From Candidatus Harrisonbacteria bacterium (GTDB taxonomy: Bacteria > Patescibacteriota > Minisyncoccia > UBA6257 > 02-FULL-45-10c), in assembly GCA_016192685.1 (NCBI GenBank), contig JACPTS010000001.1, positions 394,628 to 458,627 on the forward strand: a DNA stretch of 64,000 nucleotides, in the 5' to 3' direction. Positions 61,046 through 64,000 of the stretch are shown here, one piece after another (the first letter of the stretch is position 1; each line of letters begins with the position of its first letter). The position numbers and the translations under genes were made by a program. The notes beneath the pieces are model-generated. The model was not told where the DNA came from and did no database searches. It saw only the letters and a list, made by a program, of their open reading frames with translations.

Positions 61046-62125
61046 ATGGCCTTTGGATTTTTTAAAAAGTTTTTTCCCGTCAAATCTTCTCTTGGCATTG
61101 ACATTGGCACCGCCTCCATAAAATTAGCGGAGATTAAAAAAGATTCGGCTCAGCCGGAACTTTTAAATTACGGGATTTTGGAGAGTTACGGCCATTTAGA
61201 ACGGCCGAACAGCGCTATCCAAACCAGCACTCTTAAAATGCTGGACAGGGAAACTGCCGAGCTTTTAAAAATTCTTTTAAAAAATTCCGGCGTAAAATCA
61301 ACTGACGCGGTGGCCGCCCTCCCGGCCTTTTCTTCTTTTGTCGCGCTTTTAGAAATGCCGGCGATGTCCGGAAAAGATACCACTCAGGCGATGCAATTCC
61401 AGGCTAAGCAGTATATTCCTTTGCCGATTTCCGAAGTGACGATTGATTGGCTGAAAGTCGGCGAGCGGCAGGATGCCAAGGGTAATTCGGTTCAGCAAAT
61501 TTTATTGGTTTCCGTTCCGAATGAACAGATAGAGAAATACAAAAATATTTTTAAATGGGCAGGTTTAAATTTAACGGCATTGGAAGTTGAAGGCCTTTCC
61601 AGTTCCAGAGCTTTAACCGGCAATAATAGCAAAACCGCTTTAATTATGGACATCGGCTCCCGTTCTACCGCTATATCCATTGCCCAAAGCGGCTTATTAA
61701 AATTTTCCGGCCAAACTGATTTTTCCGGCGGCTCTTTAACCCAAACGCTGGCCGCTGGTCTTAATATCCGGCCGCGCCGGGCAGAAGATTTAAAAAAACA
61801 GCGGGGACTCAGGGGAACCGGCGGAGAATACGAGTTATCCACTTTAATGCTCCCGATTCTGGATGTTATAATAAATGAAGCAAGAAGAGTCAAGGAGAAT
61901 TACGAGAAGGCCTATAATGATAAAGTAGAGCAGGTTATTTTGTCCGGCGGCGGAGCTAATTTATTGGGGGTGGCGCCTTACGTTCAAGAGGCTTTAGCTT
62001 TGCCTGCCAGTAAGGCCAATCCGTTTTCCCAACTGCGTTATCCATCTGGGATTGAGCCGTTTGTCGGCGAATTAGGGCCCCAGTTTTCCGTTGCCATTGG
62101 ATTGGCGATGAAACCGTTCCAATAA
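61046..62125 (+). CDS. pilM: Type IV pilus assembly protein PilM
   Basis: GIDIGTASIK, MDIG...T, LSGGGA.L.G, VAIGLA. Confidence 0.92.
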   Translation: MAFGFFKKFFPVKSSLGIDIGTASIKLAEIKKDSAQPELLNYGILESYGHLERPNSAIQTSTLKMLDRETAELLKILLKNSGVKSTDAVAALPAFSSFVALLEMPAMSGKDTTQAMQFQAKQYIPLPISEVTIDWLKVGERQDAKGNSVQQILLVSVPNEQIEKYKNIFKWAGLNLTALEVEGLSSSRALTGNNSKTALIMDIGSRSTAISIAQSGLLKFSGQTDFSGGSLTQTLAAGLNIRPRRAEDLKKQRGLRGTGGEYELSTLMLPILDVIINEARRVKENYEKAYNDKVEQVILSGGGANLLGVAPYVQEALALPASKANPFSQLRYPSGIEPFVGELGPQFSVAIGLAMKPFQ

Positions 62126-62137
62126 ATTTTAGATTTT

Positions 62138-62683
62138 ATGCCTCAGCAGTTTAATCAAAGCCCTCTCAATCAATTTGAATCGGAAAATCTGCCGGTCGGC
62201 TGGCCGTGGCGGTTTTTTTCCGCGTCTTTAATTATTTTTTTAACTTCCCTTTTGATTTTTTTGGGTTTGACCCTGGGCTACGGCCCATACCTCCGTTCCC
62301 AAATTCAGGAAACGGACGCCAAAATTAACCAGCTTTTGGAAACGGTTTCCAAAGAAGACCAAGAGAAATTTATCCAATTTTATTCTCAGCTGGTAAATTT
62401 AAAAAATCTTTTGGATAATCATATCGCCAGCTCAAAAATTTTTCCTTGGCTGGAAAAAATTACCAACCAAAAAGTTTATTATGGCAATTTAAATTTGCGG
62501 GTGCCGGAAAAAGAACTGGAATTGGAGGGACTGGCCGATTCTTACGCGGTTTTAGGAGAGCAATTGGAGGCTTTTAACCAGGCGCCGGAAATTGAACGCT
62601 ATCTCATGAACCAATCGCAGGTTAGCGGGAATTTAGTCCAATTTAAAGTGACCCTAAAATTAAAAGATGAAACCATCCACTAA
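62138..62683 (+). CDS. PilN-like protein
   Basis: TM, coiled coil, L.G.A.SY; follows pilM. Confidence 0.7.
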   Translation: MPQQFNQSPLNQFESENLPVGWPWRFFSASLIIFLTSLLIFLGLTLGYGPYLRSQIQETDAKINQLLETVSKEDQEKFIQFYSQLVNLKNLLDNHIASSKIFPWLEKITNQKVYYGNLNLRVPEKELELEGLADSYAVLGEQLEAFNQAPEIERYLMNQSQVSGNLVQFKVTLKLKDETIH

Positions 62684-63236
62684 AAGAGCTTTAAGTTTAA
62701 TTCTTTCCGCGGGTTTTTTGATCGCGGCTTTGGTCATTTACGGCACTTTTATCCGTCCGGAATACCGGTTAATTTTGGGTTGGCGCGGCGAATTGGCGTC
62801 TAAATCAAATCTTTTGGAAAAACAGCAGGCGGTTATGACCAATATGCAAAATTTAATCGCTCAATATCGCAGTACGGAAAGATTAGGCGATTCCTTGTCT
62901 CTGGCCCTGCCGGTAAAAGAAAATGTTTCTTCCGTTATGTCCCAGCTTAACGCCGTCTCTCAATTTTCCGGATTGGCGCTTCAATCAGTCGGTATTTCTT
63001 ATCTGCCGATTAAATCAGCGCCCGGAAAATCTTCCCTAAATCAGGGATTGGGGGCTTTCCGGCTGGATTTGCGCCTGTTTGGAAATTATTCCGGATTAAA
63101 AAAATTTTTATCCGCCCTGGAAACCAATATTCAAATAATGGATGTTAAAGCGTTAAAATTAGAACCAGCCAGTAAAACCGAATCGGATATTTTTACTTAT
63201 CTTTTAACCGTCGATACTTATTATCAAACAAAATAA
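62667..63236 (+). CDS. PilO-like protein
   Basis: TM, LSLALP, GNY..LKKFL..LE.N. Confidence 0.75.
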   Translation: MKPSTKRALSLILSAGFLIAALVIYGTFIRPEYRLILGWRGELASKSNLLEKQQAVMTNMQNLIAQYRSTERLGDSLSLALPVKENVSSVMSQLNAVSQFSGLALQSVGISYLPIKSAPGKSSLNQGLGAFRLDLRLFGNYSGLKKFLSALETNIQIMDVKALKLEPASKTESDIFTYLLTVDTYYQTK

Positions 63237-63242
63237 ATCGTC

Positions 63243-63530
63243 ATGGCTTTAGTTTTTGAAGGTGAGAAAAAATTTAATTGGAGGGGGGTGGCAATCGTGG
63301 CGGCAGTTATTTTGGCTGTTGGCGGAGCGGCTTACTTTCTGTTTTTTACGCCGGTTCCGGCAATTGAAATTATCGTGCCGCCGGCCGCCCGCTCCATTGA
63401 AGAACTTTCCGGCGCCCATTTTGACCCGGCCGGAGTAGTGAATAGCGAAGATTTCCGTTCGCTCCGCCGTTACGCCGGCCAGCCGAGCATCGGCCAAATC
63501 GGCAGGCCGAATCCTTTCATTAAGTTTTAA
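63243..63530 (+). CDS. Small membrane protein of the pil operon
   Basis: TM; C-terminal GRPNPF. Confidence 0.6.
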   Translation: MALVFEGEKKFNWRGVAIVAAVILAVGGAAYFLFFTPVPAIEIIVPPAARSIEELSGAHFDPAGVVNSEDFRSLRRYAGQPSIGQIGRPNPFIKF

Positions 63531-63539
63531 TAAATATAA

Positions 63540-63630
63540 TACGAATCTACAAATTTATTCTAATCTACAAATATACAAATAAATTTATATTCGTTATTTG
63601 TAGATTGGCATTCATTCGTAGATTAGTATT
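63540..63630. repeat. Octamer-like tandem repeats forming an inverted pair
   Basis: TACGAATC-TACAAATT...TACAAATA versus ATTCGTT-ATTTGTAG...ATTCGTAG. Confidence 0.6.
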
Positions 63631-63649
63631 ACATCAAGCGTAAGCGTAT

Positions 63650-64000
63650 ATGGATGATAAACAATTACTAGACAATTTAATTTCGGCCGGCCTTTTGGCT
63701 AAAGAGGCGGCGGAAAAACTTTTAAAAGAAATGGAGCTTTTGGGTAAAAGCGCCGAGGAAATTATTTACGACCGCCGCTTGGTTCCGGAAGAGGAGGTAA
63801 TAAAAATTAAAAGCCAGCTTTTAAAAATTCCTTATAAGAAAATCAATGTGGAAGAAATCACCAAGGAGCTGCTGGCGAATATTCCGGAAGAAGTAGCCCG
63901 GACTTATAAAGTAATTCCGCTTTCCAAAGCCAAGGATTTGTTAGTGGTGGGAATGGTCAGCCCGATGGATTCTCAGGCGCAGGATGCTCTTCGTTTTGTC
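63650..64000 (+). CDS. PilB/GspE-type assembly ATPase, N-terminus (partial)
   Basis: MDDKQLLDNL...LLANIPEEVARTYKVIPL....LVVGMV.P; runs off the window end. Confidence 0.75.
   Translation, partial: MDDKQLLDNLISAGLLAKEAAEKLLKEMELLGKSAEEIIYDRRLVPEEEVIKIKSQLLKIPYKKINVEEITKELLANIPEEVARTYKVIPLSKAKDLLVVGMVSPMDSQAQDALRFV

Overview
This 64 kb window looks like chromosome from a reduced-genome bacterium, most consistent with Patescibacteria/CPR (Parcubacteria). That placement is inferred from gene content and style: compact RpoB/RpoC, alpha2 GlyRS, a DUF4012-like protein, pilMNO/comF/dprA, and few Shine-Dalgarno sites on core genes. The backbone carries the 23S 3' end and 5S rRNA, rodA-mltG, rpoBC, rpsF-ssb-rpsR, parB, rel, topA-dprA, rplS, recO, glyQS, metG, tatD, leuS, htrA, a P-type ATPase, a guaB-like gene, pil genes and nine tRNAs. 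The most striking locus (12.1-18.5 kb) is a Pup/UBact-type protein-tagging system: ARC/Mpa-like AAA+ ATPase, Dop-like enzyme, a 70-aa disordered tag ending RQKSGQ, and two tandem PafA-like ligases. No 20S proteasome subunit genes are present, and the ATPase ends with an IGF-bearing tail rather than a GQYL/HbYX motif. The two ligases are divergent but share two 100% identical DNA blocks, and both lose frame at the end of the second block. Other notable items: an XRE-HNH-unknown cassette enclosed by 147-bp near-perfect inverted repeats at tRNA-Ser; several transposase-less inverted-repeat elements; an IS200/IS605-like end remnant; short palindromes and heptamer tandem repeats inside essential genes; a free-standing LAGLIDADG ORF abutting tRNA-Leu; and a VKOR-DoxX-cupredoxin-thioredoxin/phosphatase operon. 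All calls come from visual motif recognition; no database searches were run.
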